Positions 18,002 to 28,052 of a stretch of 28,734 bases of DNA are shown here, one piece after another. The notes under the pieces were generated by a model. The model saw only the letters and a program-made list of their open reading frames with translations, made no database searches and was not told the DNA's origin. Within the stretch, counting starts at the first letter, position 1. Every line of letters begins with the position of its first letter. The position numbers and the translations under genes are program-made. The DNA lies in contig JAGWBG010000001.1 of assembly GCA_021296015.1 (NCBI GenBank), positions 1 through 28,734 of the forward strand. Reading direction: 5' to 3'. Origin of the DNA: Dehalococcoidia bacterium. Lineage in GTDB: Bacteria; Chloroflexota; Dehalococcoidia; Lucifugimonadales; JAGWBF01.

Positions 18002-18785
18002 AGTTGCCTCCAACCTCGGGTGGAAAGTTCGAATAATGTACGCTCATCAGGCATAGCCCCCTGGCCGGCAGTGACGGGCAATATCTCAACTCTTTGCGCG
18101 TACCGTCCATTATCTCTCTCATTATCTCCACTGGCAATCTGCCCAGCCCAATGTCCACCAGGATGCCATTGGTCCGACGAATCTGATGTAGTAGAAAGCC
18201 GGTGGCACAGGCTTCGATGTACACCAACTCCCCGTCTCGCCACACGTCCCACCGAGCTACATTTCGTACCGCGCTTCTTCCGGGGGGCAGCGACGACGTG
18301 AGGGCCGAGAAATCATGAGTACCAGGCAAGTAGCTCGCCGCCTCTTTCATCCTCCCTATGTCCAGCGGAGACGATACCCAGTGAGAGAAGTCCCTCAGCA
18401 AGGCTGAGGGCCACCTGGCATTTAGCAAGGTGTACCGGTACGTCCTACCAACCGCGTCCTTCCTGGAGCTAAAATCCGGCGAGACCTGATACGCTCCCCT
18501 GACCTTGATGTCAGGCGGCAAATGCCAATTCAGGGCGTTTACAAATGTGTCCGTTGTGTAAGGTGCATGAGTCAGGAAATCTGCTACCTGACCCCGGGCG
18601 TGAGCGCCGGCGTCGGTACGGCTGGCTCCTCTAACCCTTGTGTTCTCTTGTGTTAGGCTTTTTATCGCCCTCTCCAGTTCACCCTGTATGGTGGGGACGT
18701 GGACCTGCCATTGAAACCCCTTATACCCAGTGCCGTCGTAATCCAGGATGAGGGCAATCCGCCGTCTGTCATTGGAACAATGCAA
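17988..18785 (-). CDS. truA: tRNA pseudouridine(38-40) synthase
   Basis: YDGTGYKGFQWQ, ASRTDAGAHA, RTYRY, FLLHQIRR and LPARGLCL motifs. Start uncertain (TTG 18785 chosen); the track's upstream 45 codons overlap rplQ. Confidence 0.9.
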   Translation of the reverse strand: MHCSNDRRRIALILDYDGTGYKGFQWQVHVPTIQGELERAIKSLTQENTRVRGASRTDAGAHARGQVADFLTHAPYTTDTFVNALNWHLPPDIKVRGAYQVSPDFSSRKDAVGRTYRYTLLNARWPSALLRDFSHWVSSPLDIGRMKEAASYLPGTHDFSALTSSLPPGRSAVRNVARWDVWRDGELVYIEACATGFLLHQIRRTNGILVDIGLGRLPVEIMREIMDGTRKELRYCPSLPARGLCLMSVHYSNFPPEVGGNYEAG

Positions 18786-18810
18786 CTGTGGACCACGCTC
18801 AACCTGGACG

Positions 18811-19164
18811 CTACACCAGTTCGACGAGGGCCATGGCTGCCGCATCTCCCTTCCGGGACCCCAGTTTGACAATACGGGTATACCCTCCCGGCCGGTTGGC
18901 ATACCTGGGGGCCAACTCATCGAACACCTTCTTCACCACCTCCTGGTTGGGGACCTGGGCCAAGGCGAGGCGGCGGTGGTGAAGGGTGCCTTTCTTGCCG
19001 TGGGTTATAAGCTTCTCGACGAACCTCCTGGCTTCCACGGCTTTGGCCTCGGTAGTAACTATGCGTCCGTGACGCACAACCCCACCAGCCAGAGAGCGGA
19101 GGAGAGCCAACCGCTGGTCCTTGGGTCTGCCTAGTTTCTTACCAGCTATACGATGTGCTACCAT
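18811..19164 (-). CDS. rplQ: 50S ribosomal protein L17
   Basis: HRIAGKKLGR, RIVTTEAKA, RPGGYTRIVKLGSRKGDAA motifs. Confidence 0.97.
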   Translation of the reverse strand: MVAHRIAGKKLGRPKDQRLALLRSLAGGVVRHGRIVTTEAKAVEARRFVEKLITHGKKGTLHHRRLALAQVPNQEVVKKVFDELAPRYANRPGGYTRIVKLGSRKGDAAAMALVELV

Positions 19165-19172
19165 CGGCGGTC

Positions 19173-20381
19173 TTAGTTCTCCTCTCTATTTTGTCTAAAT
19201 GAGCTATCAGATTTGGCATCGTACAAAGTCAAGAGGTCATCCTCTTCGTCGTCACCGCCCCTGTCATCCCAAATGGGCTTGTCATCTTCAACCTCGAACT
19301 GGGCGGCAATATGACTATCGTCACCAATCTCACTAGATGTCTGGAACACCCCAACTCCCTCCTGTGCGCCTCCATTGGTCCCGTGGCCGGGCAGCCTTGC
19401 TGCCGCGTCCTCTTCGCTCAACATACCCTTGGCACCGAGCTTGGTCAGAAGCTCCTCCAGTGACTTCTCTCCGAAGTTTCTTATCTTGAGGAGCTCACTA
19501 TTGCTCATTTCAAGCACCTGGCCGACTTTGCTTACGTAGGCCCGCTTGAGACAGTTGAGGGTTCTGGGAGTAAGCTCCAGCTTCTCAATGGGGGTCTGGT
19601 ATATCTCAGGAGATACCGTAATTAGGGGCCTGTCAGCACCGCCTTTGGTCTCGTTGCCCAGATTGCTGAACAGGAAGAAGTGGTTGACCAGCACGTCCGA
19701 TGATTTCTTGAGGGCGTCTATGGGGGTTATCGTACCATCGGTCCACATCTCCAACACCAGACGCTCGTAATCGGTGACATGCCCTACACGGGTCCTCTCG
19801 ATTGCGTAGTTGACCTTCCTCACGGGGCTGAAGATGGCATCAACCGGCAACACGCCCATAAGAGGCCCCGTTATTCCATCGCCCTGGCTAACGGGTTGGT
19901 AACCTTTGCCGTGGTCTACGTTGAACTCCACCGAAATAGCGGCATCATCCGAGTCCAGGGTGGCCAGGTGATGTTCCGGGTTGACGATTTCGAAATCGGC
20001 GGACGTGGCTATATCCCCTGCACACACCCTGCCCTGTCCGGTTATTTCAAGACGCATCTTACCCGGTCTGCCGGTAACAGAGCGTATCCGTATTCCCTTC
20101 ACCCTCAGGAGAAACTCCATGACCTCTTCTCTCATGTGGGATATGTTGGAATACTCGTGCAAAACCCCGTCAATCTTCACCCACGTGATGGCGGTCCCCT
20201 CTATGGAACTCAAGAGCATACGCCTTATAGGGTTACCTATAGTCATGCCATAGCCCCGTTGCAGCGGCTCTATGGTAAACTTGCCATAGGTATTATCAGC
20301 CTGGAGTATCTTAATCTCAGGGGTAAGGTTCTCAGTCCCGCCCTGGGTTGTTCCTCTGGACATGATAGAGGTTTCCAACAT
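19173..20381 (-). CDS. rpoA: RNA polymerase alpha subunit with a long acidic C-terminal tail
   Basis: EPLQRGYGMTIGNPIRRMLLSSI, LPVDAIFSPVRKVNY, RTLNCLKRA and IRNFGEKSLEE motifs. Confidence 0.97.
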   Translation of the reverse strand: MLETSIMSRGTTQGGTENLTPEIKILQADNTYGKFTIEPLQRGYGMTIGNPIRRMLLSSIEGTAITWVKIDGVLHEYSNISHMREEVMEFLLRVKGIRIRSVTGRPGKMRLEITGQGRVCAGDIATSADFEIVNPEHHLATLDSDDAAISVEFNVDHGKGYQPVSQGDGITGPLMGVLPVDAIFSPVRKVNYAIERTRVGHVTDYERLVLEMWTDGTITPIDALKKSSDVLVNHFFLFSNLGNETKGGADRPLITVSPEIYQTPIEKLELTPRTLNCLKRAYVSKVGQVLEMSNSELLKIRNFGEKSLEELLTKLGAKGMLSEEDAAARLPGHGTNGGAQEGVGVFQTSSEIGDDSHIAAQFEVEDDKPIWDDRGGDDEEDDLLTLYDAKSDSSFRQNREEN

Positions 20382-20389
20382 AATCGCTA

Positions 20390-21016
20390 CTACCTCGAGT
20401 AAAACTCCACTATTAGTCGTGTATCTATCGCCGATTCCAGGTCCTCCTCAGCGGGGACACTGGACACGTTGCCTGTCATGTTGTTGGTATCCAGGTCGAG
20501 CCAACTGGGCACAGGCCGCTTGGGTATGTCCTCGGTAAGCGCTTTGAAGAAGTCCCTCTGCTTGTGGGACTCCTTCCAGGCGATTACGTCTCCCGGCCGC
20601 AGCATATAGGAGGGTATGTTCGTCTTGCGGCCATTTACGGTGAAGTGGCCGTGGAGTACCAACTGGCGGGCCTGACGCCGGGACTCGGCGAATCCCAACC
20701 GGTACACTGCGTTATCCAAGCGTCGTTCAAGGAGCTCAAGAAGGTATTGTCCTGTGACCCCCGGCCGTTTGAAAGCCTGGGACATGTACCTTCTGAACTG
20801 GCCCTCCATTATGCCGTAAATGTACCGTGCCTTCTGCTTTTCGCGAAGCTGGATGCCGTGGTCGGAGACTCGCCTTCGGCGGCCCGATTGGTTCCCGGGG
20901 GGCGTGCGTCTCCGCTCTATGGCGCATCTGGGCGTGAAGCAGCGCTCCCCTTTGAGGAATAGTTTTTCTCCAACCCTGCGGCACAACCTGCACACAGGTC
21001 CTGCATATCGTCCCAT
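20390..21016 (-). CDS. rpsD: 30S ribosomal protein S4 (zinc-binding type)
   Basis: [14 protein letters not shown]...CFTPRC, LREKQK and [14 protein letters not shown] motifs; real ATG at 21016. Confidence 0.97.
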   Translation of the reverse strand: MGRYAGPVCRLCRRVGEKLFLKGERCFTPRCAIERRRTPPGNQSGRRRRVSDHGIQLREKQKARYIYGIMEGQFRRYMSQAFKRPGVTGQYLLELLERRLDNAVYRLGFAESRRQARQLVLHGHFTVNGRKTNIPSYMLRPGDVIAWKESHKQRDFFKALTEDIPKRPVPSWLDLDTNNMTGNVSSVPAEEDLESAIDTRLIVEFYSR

Positions 21017-21026
21017 CGTGTTATCC

Positions 21027-21410
21027 TTACACCCTTCTACGTTTAGGTGGCCTACACCCATTATGTGGTATGGGGGTTATATCCCTGATACTGGTTATGA
21101 TTAGCCCGGCTGCCTGCAAGGAGCGTATGGCCGCCTCCCTACCGGAGCCTGGGCCTTTAATCAGGACATCCACGTGTCTGAGACCCTGGTCCATCCCCTT
21201 CCGGGCAGCCTGTTCGGCCGCTCTCTGTGCGGCGAAGGCGGTGCCCTTACGCGACCCCCGGAACCCCGACGTGCCGGCGCTGGATGACGCCAGTACGCTG
21301 CCCTGTGGGTCTGTGAGGGTTACCAGAGTGTTGTTAAAGGTAGAGTGAATGTACGCTCGGCCTCTAGGTACAACTTTCCTCTCTCTTCGGCGACTTCTGG
21401 GTCTTGCCAT
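21027..21410 (-). CDS. rpsK: 30S ribosomal protein S11
   Basis: [21 protein letters not shown] and [15 protein letters not shown] motifs. Confidence 0.97.
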   Translation of the reverse strand: MARPRSRRRERKVVPRGRAYIHSTFNNTLVTLTDPQGSVLASSSAGTSGFRGSRKGTAFAAQRAAEQAARKGMDQGLRHVDVLIKGPGSGREAAIRSLQAAGLIITSIRDITPIPHNGCRPPKRRRV

Positions 21411-21432
21411 GGGCCTCCTTTACTCGTGCCGG

Positions 21433-21825
21433 TTACTTCTTGGCTCCGGTGCGGCGTCCTCGCCCTGCCACTGTCCTTCTGGGTCCTTTGCGAGTCCTGG
21501 CATTGGTACGGGTCCTCTGTCCCCGGAGGGGCAGCCCACGACGGTGTCGGAGGCCACGAAAGGACCCAATCTCAATCAGCCTGCGTATGTTCATGGTAAC
21601 TTCCCGACGCAGGTCGCCTTCAACTACGAAATCCCGGTCTACTATCTCCCTTATTCTGTCTATCTGCTCGTCGGAAAGCTCCATTACCTTTGGCTTGGGG
21701 TCGCCGTCTATATCGGCCCTTCTCAGAATATCCTGGGCCACGGTGGAGCCTACGCCGTAGATGCGGCACAAAGCCACATCCACTCTCTTCCCATCAGGTA
21801 TATCTACACCCGACACACGCACCAT
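21433..21825 (-). CDS. rpsM: 30S ribosomal protein S13
   Basis: [38 protein letters not shown] motifs. Confidence 0.97.
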   Translation of the reverse strand: MVRVSGVDIPDGKRVDVALCRIYGVGSTVAQDILRRADIDGDPKPKVMELSDEQIDRIREIVDRDFVVEGDLRREVTMNIRRLIEIGSFRGLRHRRGLPLRGQRTRTNARTRKGPRRTVAGRGRRTGAKK

Positions 21826-21845
21826 ATTATCCCCTCCTTGCTGGT

Positions 21846-21959
21846 CTAGCCTTGTCTCTGAGCATGTCTAGCATTGGAGCAGATTATACGCACTGATCCT
21901 TTGCGCTTTATGACTCTGCACTTATCACAACGGGGTTTCACCGAAGCTCTTACTTTCAT
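21846..21959 (-). CDS. rpmJ: 50S ribosomal protein L36 (missed by ORF track, 37 aa)
   Basis: [37 protein letters not shown], zinc-binding C+ form. Confidence 0.97.
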   Translation of the reverse strand: MKVRASVKPRCDKCRVIKRKGSVRIICSNARHAQRQG

Positions 21960-21986
21960 ATCAACACCATCTCAACGCCTGTCTGC

Positions 21987-22205
21987 TTACTTGAATCGGT
22001 AGGTGATGCGCCCCCGACTCAAGTCGTAGGGCGATAGCTCTACCAGCACCCGGTCTCCCGGGAGCACTCTTATGAAATGGAGGCGGATTTTGCCTGAAAC
22101 ATGGGCCAACACCCTATGGTCATTGGGAAGCTCTACCCTGAACATGCCATTTGGCAGGGCTTCTACGACTGTCGCCTCCACCTCTATTGCTTCCTTCTTA
22201 GCCAT
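21987..22205 (-). CDS. infA: Translation initiation factor IF-1
   Basis: [26 protein letters not shown]...[15 protein letters not shown]. Confidence 0.97.
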   Translation of the reverse strand: MAKKEAIEVEATVVEALPNGMFRVELPNDHRVLAHVSGKIRLHFIRVLPGDRVLVELSPYDLSRGRITYRFK

Positions 22206-22251
22206 AGACCTCCTTTGGGGTTCCTGGGGTTCCAAGGGCCGGGAGAAACAC

Positions 22252-23055
22252 CTATCTCGGGACCGTCAGAACTTCGGCCTCCCCATCGTTTATGGCGATG
22301 GTATGCTCGAAGTGGGCCGAGAGGCTTTTATCGGCTGTGACCACCGTCCACTGGTCATCCTGGAGCCGTGTGTGCCAGCCGCCTATATTCACCATTGGCT
22401 CAATAGCTATCGTCATACCCCTGCGGAGCAGGGCGCCTCTACCACCGGGGCCATAGTTGGGGACCTGGGGGTCCTCGTGGAGGAACCGGCCAATGCCATG
22501 CCCGACGTACTCACGGACGACGCTGTACCCACGAGCCTCCGCAAACTTTTGTACTGCATCCCCTATGTCTCCCACTCGCGCGCCTCCCCTGGCAGCTTTG
22601 ATACCCTCCTCAAGGGAAAGGCGCGTAACTTCGATGAGGTCTGCGGACTCCGGGCTTATGTTGCCCACTCCAACGGTAATGGCAGCATCGCCTATGAAGC
22701 CGTCATCGACGGCTCCCACGTCCATTTTAACCAGGTCGCCCTCTCTTAGCACCCTGTCTCCCGGTATCCCGTGCACTATCTCATCGTTGACGGATGCACA
22801 TATAGTGGCCGGGAACCCCCGATAGCCTTTGAACGCCGGTTTAGCCCCCAGCTTCTTTATCTCCCTGTTTGCGATGGCATCCAACTCCCGAGTCTTTATG
22901 CCGGGCTTGACCGACTCCCGCAGCACGGCAAGGGTAGCGCCGACCACGGCACCGGCCCTCCGCATGGCGTCCATCTCCTGGGGAGACTTGACGGTTATGC
23001 CGCCGGAATAGCTCGACGGCGAGTTGGATGCTGTTTTCATTTTTCTTGTACTCAT
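22252..23055 (-). CDS. map: Methionine aminopeptidase type I
   Basis: [37 protein letters not shown] and SAHFEHTI motifs. Confidence 0.96.
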   Translation of the reverse strand: MSTRKMKTASNSPSSYSGGITVKSPQEMDAMRRAGAVVGATLAVLRESVKPGIKTRELDAIANREIKKLGAKPAFKGYRGFPATICASVNDEIVHGIPGDRVLREGDLVKMDVGAVDDGFIGDAAITVGVGNISPESADLIEVTRLSLEEGIKAARGGARVGDIGDAVQKFAEARGYSVVREYVGHGIGRFLHEDPQVPNYGPGGRGALLRRGMTIAIEPMVNIGGWHTRLQDDQWTVVTADKSLSAHFEHTIAINDGEAEVLTVPR

Positions 23056-23139
23056 TTTATCACTTCCACGGACTGATTCCTAATTTCACGATAGCCCGTC
23101 CCTTTTCCGGACGTCATCGGGCGGCCTCCACTGTACTTA

Positions 23140-23817
23140 TCATTCGACTTGCAGGGCCTGAAGAAGCCTACAGCATATCTCATCCACTTCCCCAACCCCA
23201 TCAACTTCCGCCAGGCAATTATCCCGATGATAATATTCTACAAGGGGCTGCGTCTCGTCTTCGTAGACCTGGATACGCGTCCGAATAGCTTCCGGCGCAT
23301 CATCCTGCCGCTGGTACAACTCCCCTCCGCAAGAGTCACATACGTCAGGGGTTTTGGGGGGCGTCGTCTCTCTATGATAAGGGGTCTGGCATTGACGGCA
23401 TACCAGGCGTCCACTGAGCCTCGTCACGAGCTCGTCAACGGGAACCTTAATCAGGATAGTTTTGGTTATCGCCAGCCCTCTACCTGCCAGGGCCTGGTCC
23501 AGGGACTCCGCCTGTATGAGATTTCGTGGGAACCCGTCCAGCAGAAAACCATTCTGTGCCAGGGGCGGCAGGATTCGCTCCAGCACCATGGCAATGGTTA
23601 TCTCATCGGGAACCAACATTCCCTGGGTCATATAATCCAGCGCCTTCACCCCTAGAGGTGTACCCTGCTGCTGATGATGCCTGAACAGGTCTCCGGAAGC
23701 AACGTGGGGCACGTCCAATCTGCCGGCCAGCGTCTTGGCCTGAGTGCCTTTACCCGCTCCGGGAGGGCCTAGCAATATCAGTCGGTTTGCACCGGACACG
23801 CTTTGACGTGAACTCAT
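23140..23817 (-). CDS. adk: Adenylate kinase (zinc LID type)
   Basis: GPPGAGKGTQA, LDGFPR, LID with CRQC...CDSC, and QRQDD motifs. Confidence 0.96.
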   Translation of the reverse strand: MSSRQSVSGANRLILLGPPGAGKGTQAKTLAGRLDVPHVASGDLFRHHQQQGTPLGVKALDYMTQGMLVPDEITIAMVLERILPPLAQNGFLLDGFPRNLIQAESLDQALAGRGLAITKTILIKVPVDELVTRLSGRLVCRQCQTPYHRETTPPKTPDVCDSCGGELYQRQDDAPEAIRTRIQVYEDETQPLVEYYHRDNCLAEVDGVGEVDEICCRLLQALQVE

Positions 23818-23826
23818 GGCAGAGTG

Positions 23827-25152
23827 CTACCTCAAAAATCCTTCGTAGTTTCGCATGAGCAACTGGGCCTCTAGCTGGCGCAAGGTATCCAGGGCTACCC
23901 CCACCATAATCAGCAAGCTGACACTGGGAAGCACCGCAGCTTGCACGTCCGTGATTTGGGAGGCGATGTAGGGCACAATCGCCACGAAGCCCAGGAATAG
24001 CGCTCCCCCCACCGTGAGGCGCAGAATGACACGGTTGAGATAGTCCTGAGTGGGTTGGCCCGGTCGGATGCCGGGCACAAATCCTCCGTTTCGCTGGAGG
24101 TTCTCCGCAAGGCTTTGCTGCTGAAAGACCACCAGTGTGTAGAAGAAGGTGAAGATTACCACCAACAAAAAGGTCAGTACCCAATAGAAGCCGTGGGTGG
24201 GACTGAACCAGACAGAGAGCGTGCCAGCCAGATTTCCTATCCAATCCTCTCGGACTCCCACGAAGCTGGCTATGGTTCCAGGCAATATGACAACGGAGAA
24301 GGCGAAAATGAGGGGAATCATCCCCGCCGAGTTTATTCTTATGGGCAAATAGGTAGCACCCGTTTGGCGATACATCCTGCCACCGCGAAAGATGCTGCGC
24401 CCGTATTGTACCGGTATCCTGCGGTGGGCCTCTGTGAAGACCACGATGAGGGCCATAACAGCTACCGCGATAATTGCCAGCCAGATTATCCCCAAGGCGT
24501 TGGTCTGGTCCGATGTCTGCTGCATCAGGCCGGGGAAGCCTGCGACGATACCGGCGAAGATGATGAGAGATATGCCGTTTCCGATGCCTCGCTCGGTGAT
24601 TAGCTCGCCCAGCCACACAAGGAACATGGTCCCTGCGACCAGTGACCCAAGCATTGCTATGGTGGCTATAAAGTCACCGTTGCCGGGCCCGGACCAAACA
24701 TTGCTGATAACTCCGGCTTGCTGGATAAGCTGCAGTTGCCCATAGCCCTGAGCAAGAGCTATGGGGACCGTCAGCCAGTGGACGATACGGTTAATCCTTT
24801 GTCGTCCCGACTCGCCTTCCTTGGAAATACGCTGCAAGCTGGGTATGACGGGAACAAGTAGCTGCATCACGATGGATGAGGTTATATAGGGGAACACACC
24901 GAGGGCGGCGACACTCATATTTCTGAGAGCGCCCCCGCTAAACAGGTCAAGGAACCCCAGAAGCTGGTTGGAATCGAAGAGGTTGTCTAGCTCGTTCTGG
25001 TCTATTCCGGGGAGTGGGACCTGGGCCATGAACCGGAACACGGCCAGCAGGGCCAGGGTGAACAATATCTTTCCCCGGAGGTCAGGAATGCGGAAGGAGT
25101 CAATGGCCGCCTGGAGCAGCCGTGGTCTCCCCTCTATCTCTTGGGTCATCAT
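23827..25152 (-). CDS. secY: Preprotein translocase subunit SecY
   Basis: ALGVFPYITSSI, GIGNGISLIIF, RRIPVQY, AGMIPLIFA, FVPGIRPG and SLLIMVGV motifs. Confidence 0.97.
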   Translation of the reverse strand: MMTQEIEGRPRLLQAAIDSFRIPDLRGKILFTLALLAVFRFMAQVPLPGIDQNELDNLFDSNQLLGFLDLFSGGALRNMSVAALGVFPYITSSIVMQLLVPVIPSLQRISKEGESGRQRINRIVHWLTVPIALAQGYGQLQLIQQAGVISNVWSGPGNGDFIATIAMLGSLVAGTMFLVWLGELITERGIGNGISLIIFAGIVAGFPGLMQQTSDQTNALGIIWLAIIAVAVMALIVVFTEAHRRIPVQYGRSIFRGGRMYRQTGATYLPIRINSAGMIPLIFAFSVVILPGTIASFVGVREDWIGNLAGTLSVWFSPTHGFYWVLTFLLVVIFTFFYTLVVFQQQSLAENLQRNGGFVPGIRPGQPTQDYLNRVILRLTVGGALFLGFVAIVPYIASQITDVQAAVLPSVSLLIMVGVALDTLRQLEAQLLMRNYEGFLR

Positions 25153-25154
25153 GT

Positions 25155-25598
25155 CTAGATTGCCTCTGCCCTTCCTCCGACCGCTTCTATCTTCTCACGT
25201 GCAGAGTCCGTGAACTTGTGGGCGCGTACTCTGAGCGGGACTGTGATCTCGCCATTGCCAAGGATTTTCACCGGATGCTTTATGCTCCTCAATATCCCCG
25301 CCCTGACCAGGCTTTCCGGGACTACTTCCGAGTCCCTGGGGAACCTGTTTAGCTCCTCCAATTTCACCAGATGGTATTGTTTTTTGAATATGTTGGTGAA
25401 CCCGCGCCTCATGGGAAGCCCCTTTATGAGGGGCAACTGTCCTCCCTCAAACCCTGGCCGCACGCCTCTACCCGAGCGCGACTTCTGGCCTTTCATGCCA
25501 CGACCGGAGTAGCTTCCATGGCCGCTGGCATCTCCCCGGCCAAGCCGCTTCCTGTTCCTCCTTGTTCCAGGAGTAGGGGCTACCTGATGCTCCATCAT
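25155..25598 (-). CDS. rplO: 50S ribosomal protein L15
   Basis: RLGRG.ASG.G..SGRG.KGQKSRSG and FEGGQLPL motifs. Confidence 0.97.
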   Translation of the reverse strand: MMEHQVAPTPGTRRNRKRLGRGDASGHGSYSGRGMKGQKSRSGRGVRPGFEGGQLPLIKGLPMRRGFTNIFKKQYHLVKLEELNRFPRDSEVVPESLVRAGILRSIKHPVKILGNGEITVPLRVRAHKFTDSAREKIEAVGGRAEAI

Positions 25599-25599
25599 T

Positions 25600-25758
25600 T
25601 TAGGAGACCTCCCACCTTATCAAAACTCCTCGGGGATTAAGGAAATGCCGTTCTATGTTCCATCGATACGCTGCAAGTGTCCGAAGGGGTGTCCAAATAG
25701 GGAATCTCATCTTATCTCGACCGGGAACGGTTTTGCACCCGTGATACTCCACGAGCAT
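25600..25758 (-). CDS. 52-aa ORF occupying the rpmD (L30) position; highly divergent L30 or decaying remnant
   Basis: ATG directly follows the rpsE TAG, and TAA ends 1 nt before the rplO ATG: MLVEYHGCKTVPGRDKMRFPIWTPLRTLAAYRWNIERHFLNPRGVLIRWEVS. Only weak eyeball similarity to L30. Confidence 0.35.
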   Translation of the reverse strand: MLVEYHGCKTVPGRDKMRFPIWTPLRTLAAYRWNIERHFLNPRGVLIRWEVS

Positions 25759-26295
25759 CTACCGTTCCGGTGTCCCCAACCCCTTGCGCATTGCTATCTC
25801 CTGAGCGGGGTCCTTCAGCTTTTGCAAAGCCTCAAGGGTGGCATAGACCACGTTGATGGGATTGCGAGATCCCAGGGACTTGGCAACGGCGTCTTTCACC
25901 CCCGCCAGGTCCAGGACAGCTCTGACCACGCCGGCGGCGATGAGGCCGGTGCCCGGAGGCGCAGGCTTGATGAGGACCAGCGAGGCACCCTTCTTGGCCG
26001 AAGCCTCCTGGGGTATGGTGCTCCCCCTTAGCGGAATTTTAATCAGGCTCTTTCTGGCGGAGGCGTTACCCTTTCGGACGGCATCGGGGATGGCTAGAGC
26101 CTTGCCAAGACCGGCTCCAACTATTCCCTCACCGTCTCCTACGACCACAAGGGCGTTGAAACGCAGGTGACGTCCCCCTTTGACAACCTTGGCTATGCGA
26201 CGGGTGGATACCACCCGCTCATTCAGGTTAAGATTGGAAGCGTCTATCTTTCCACCGGTAAATGGGATAGGGGTTTGTGGCAATGTGGAGACCAT
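25759..26295 (-). CDS. rpsE: 30S ribosomal protein S5
   Basis: RIAKVVKGGRHLRFNALVVVGD and PAPPGTGLIAAG motifs. Confidence 0.97.
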   Translation of the reverse strand: MVSTLPQTPIPFTGGKIDASNLNLNERVVSTRRIAKVVKGGRHLRFNALVVVGDGEGIVGAGLGKALAIPDAVRKGNASARKSLIKIPLRGSTIPQEASAKKGASLVLIKPAPPGTGLIAAGVVRAVLDLAGVKDAVAKSLGSRNPINVVYATLEALQKLKDPAQEIAMRKGLGTPER

Positions 26296-26663
26296 CAGAA
26301 ATCCAGACCTCCCTCTCTCGCAGCATCGGCCAGCGCCTTGACTCGACCGTGGTATTTATATCCTCCTCGGTCAAAGACCACCTTGGTTGCACCCGTGCTC
26401 AAAGTCCTTTGGGCTATGGCAGCGCCCACCCGCTTCGATAGCTCAGCCTTGGCTACCTGTTCCGCCGACTGCCTTATATCCGGCTCCAAGCTGGATGCAA
26501 AGGCTATGGTATGTCCGTTGACGTCGTCTATAACCTGAGCGTATATCTGCTTGAGGCTTCGGAAGACACAAAGCCTGGGACGGTCGGGTGTCCCGGAAGC
26601 CCTGCGTCGCACCCTTCGGTGTCTTGCCAACCTCAGTTTCCGTGAGTCCTTATCTCTAGGCAT
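26295..26663 (-). CDS. rplR: 50S ribosomal protein L18
   Basis: [18 protein letters not shown] and [25 protein letters not shown] motifs. Confidence 0.97.
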   Translation of the reverse strand: MPRDKDSRKLRLARHRRVRRRASGTPDRPRLCVFRSLKQIYAQVIDDVNGHTIAFASSLEPDIRQSAEQVAKAELSKRVGAAIAQRTLSTGATKVVFDRGGYKYHGRVKALADAAREGGLDF

Positions 26664-26720
26664 TTAGTGTAGCCTCCAGCTCGCCGGGAAATTGCTTCCC
26701 AGATATGACATTCGGACTTT

Positions 26721-27320
26721 CTATTTCTTTCTCGCCGCGGACTTGCCGGGTTTGAAGCGCAGGACCTCTCCGGCGTACCTTATGCCCTTCTCTTTGTATG
26801 CGTTGGGTGGCCTCACCCTGCGGATGACAGACGCCACCTCGCCCACCTTCTGCTTGTCGTTGCCCTCGACGTGGACACGGTTATTGCCCTCGACAGTCAG
26901 GGTGACACCTTCCAGAGGGTTAACCTCCACCGTATGGCTGTATCCCACGTTGAGCACTATGCCGTCGCCGGACTGCTGCACCCTGTAGCCTACTCCCATA
27001 AGCTCCAGGGTCTTCCGGTATCCCTGGGTTACTCCGACTATGGCGTTGGCGATTAGGCTGCGGGTAAGCCCGTGCAGGGCACGGTGGAATTTGCTGGCCG
27101 AGTACCTTTCCACCACCACCCGGCCATCTTCCACGTTTACGTTCACGTCGGGGTGTATGGGCTGGACCAAGGTGCCATTAGGCCCATTTACGGTCACCTC
27201 ACCATAGCCCACGATGACCTCCACGCCGGCGGGTATGGGTATGGCCCTTCGGCCTATCCTGGAGAGGGTCCTTTCGTTTTTCCCGTTGGCAGTTCCGTTA
27301 CCGCTACCGTTACCAGACAT
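26721..27320 (-). CDS. rplF: 50S ribosomal protein L6 with N-terminal extension
   Basis: [16 protein letters not shown]...GVTQGY, GVGYR and [13 protein letters not shown] motifs. Confidence 0.96.
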   Translation of the reverse strand: MSGNGSGNGTANGKNERTLSRIGRRAIPIPAGVEVIVGYGEVTVNGPNGTLVQPIHPDVNVNVEDGRVVVERYSASKFHRALHGLTRSLIANAIVGVTQGYRKTLELMGVGYRVQQSGDGIVLNVGYSHTVEVNPLEGVTLTVEGNNRVHVEGNDKQKVGEVASVIRRVRPPNAYKEKGIRYAGEVLRFKPGKSAARKK

Positions 27321-27708
27321 GACAGAGTAGCTCCCCTCCTATGCCTTGTCGCCAGGCATCCCGTCCCGTCATCAATCCCTGGGACGTGGACAGGATTGCT
27401 ATACCCAACCCACCGTACACACGGGGAATCTCTCCCTTGCCCACGTAAACCCTGAGTCCCGGCTTGCTCACTCGTTTCAGGCCGCTGATGGCGGGTTGTC
27501 TGCCCTCTCTGTAAGCCAGGTGTACGCGAAGCACGGGTTGGGGCTGGCCCCTTAGCATATCGTAGTCTCGGATAAATCCTTCCGACTTCAGTATTCGGGC
27601 TATGGAGACCTTCATCTTTGAGACAGGCATCACCAGGGATTCGTGTCTCATGGTCTGGGCATTTCTTATACGGGTCAACATATCCGCTACGGGATCAGTC
27701 ACAGGCAT
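27310..27708 (-). CDS. rpsH: 30S ribosomal protein S8
   Basis: [24 protein letters not shown] and [10 protein letters not shown]...GGE motifs. Confidence 0.97.
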   Translation of the reverse strand: MPVTDPVADMLTRIRNAQTMRHESLVMPVSKMKVSIARILKSEGFIRDYDMLRGQPQPVLRVHLAYREGRQPAISGLKRVSKPGLRVYVGKGEIPRVYGGLGIAILSTSQGLMTGRDAWRQGIGGELLCHVW

Positions 27709-27758
27709 GTTATTACTTTACTCCCCATAGTTTCTGCTCGACTCGTTCACGACAGAGC

Positions 27759-27944
27759 TTACCAGCTAGCCTTCCTGACCCCCGGCAACTCTCCTCTGAG
27801 GGTAAGTTGCCGGAAGCAGATGCGGCAGAGACCGAAGTACCTGATGTAAGCCCTTGGTCTGCCGCAACGGTGGCACCGGTTATACTGGCGTACCCCGAAT
27901 TTCTTGGGCTTTTTCCACTTCTCAATTAGAGATTTCTTAGCCAA
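27759..27944 (-). CDS. rpsN: 30S ribosomal protein S14, type Z (61 aa, TTG start)
   Basis: [21 protein letters not shown]...[11 protein letters not shown]; AAGGAG RBS. Confidence 0.97.
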   Translation of the reverse strand: MAKKSLIEKWKKPKKFGVRQYNRCHRCGRPRAYIRYFGLCRICFRQLTLRGELPGVRKASW

Positions 27945-28052
27945 GTCCGCTCCTTAGATTCACTCAGCGGGGCGCTCTTTTCATGCCGCCCTGAGCTGAG
28001 TCGAGTGCCGGGTCTTGAGACGGTCTTGCGTCTCCAGGGGTCACCTCAACCT

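Noticed and set aside
18786-18920. 45-codon N-terminal extension of TruA in the ORF track
   Set aside because: It overlaps the rplQ 3' end in another frame; artefact of choosing the longest ORF.
20390-27944. S4, L36 and S14 are all zinc-binding (C+) forms
   Set aside because: Normal state for housekeeping copies in this gene order; not unusual.
27961-28007. Stem-loops in the rplE-rpsN spacer (ACTCAGC/GCTGAGT)
   Set aside because: They do not match a known r-protein leader at this position and have no second copy in the window; not enough evidence for a function.
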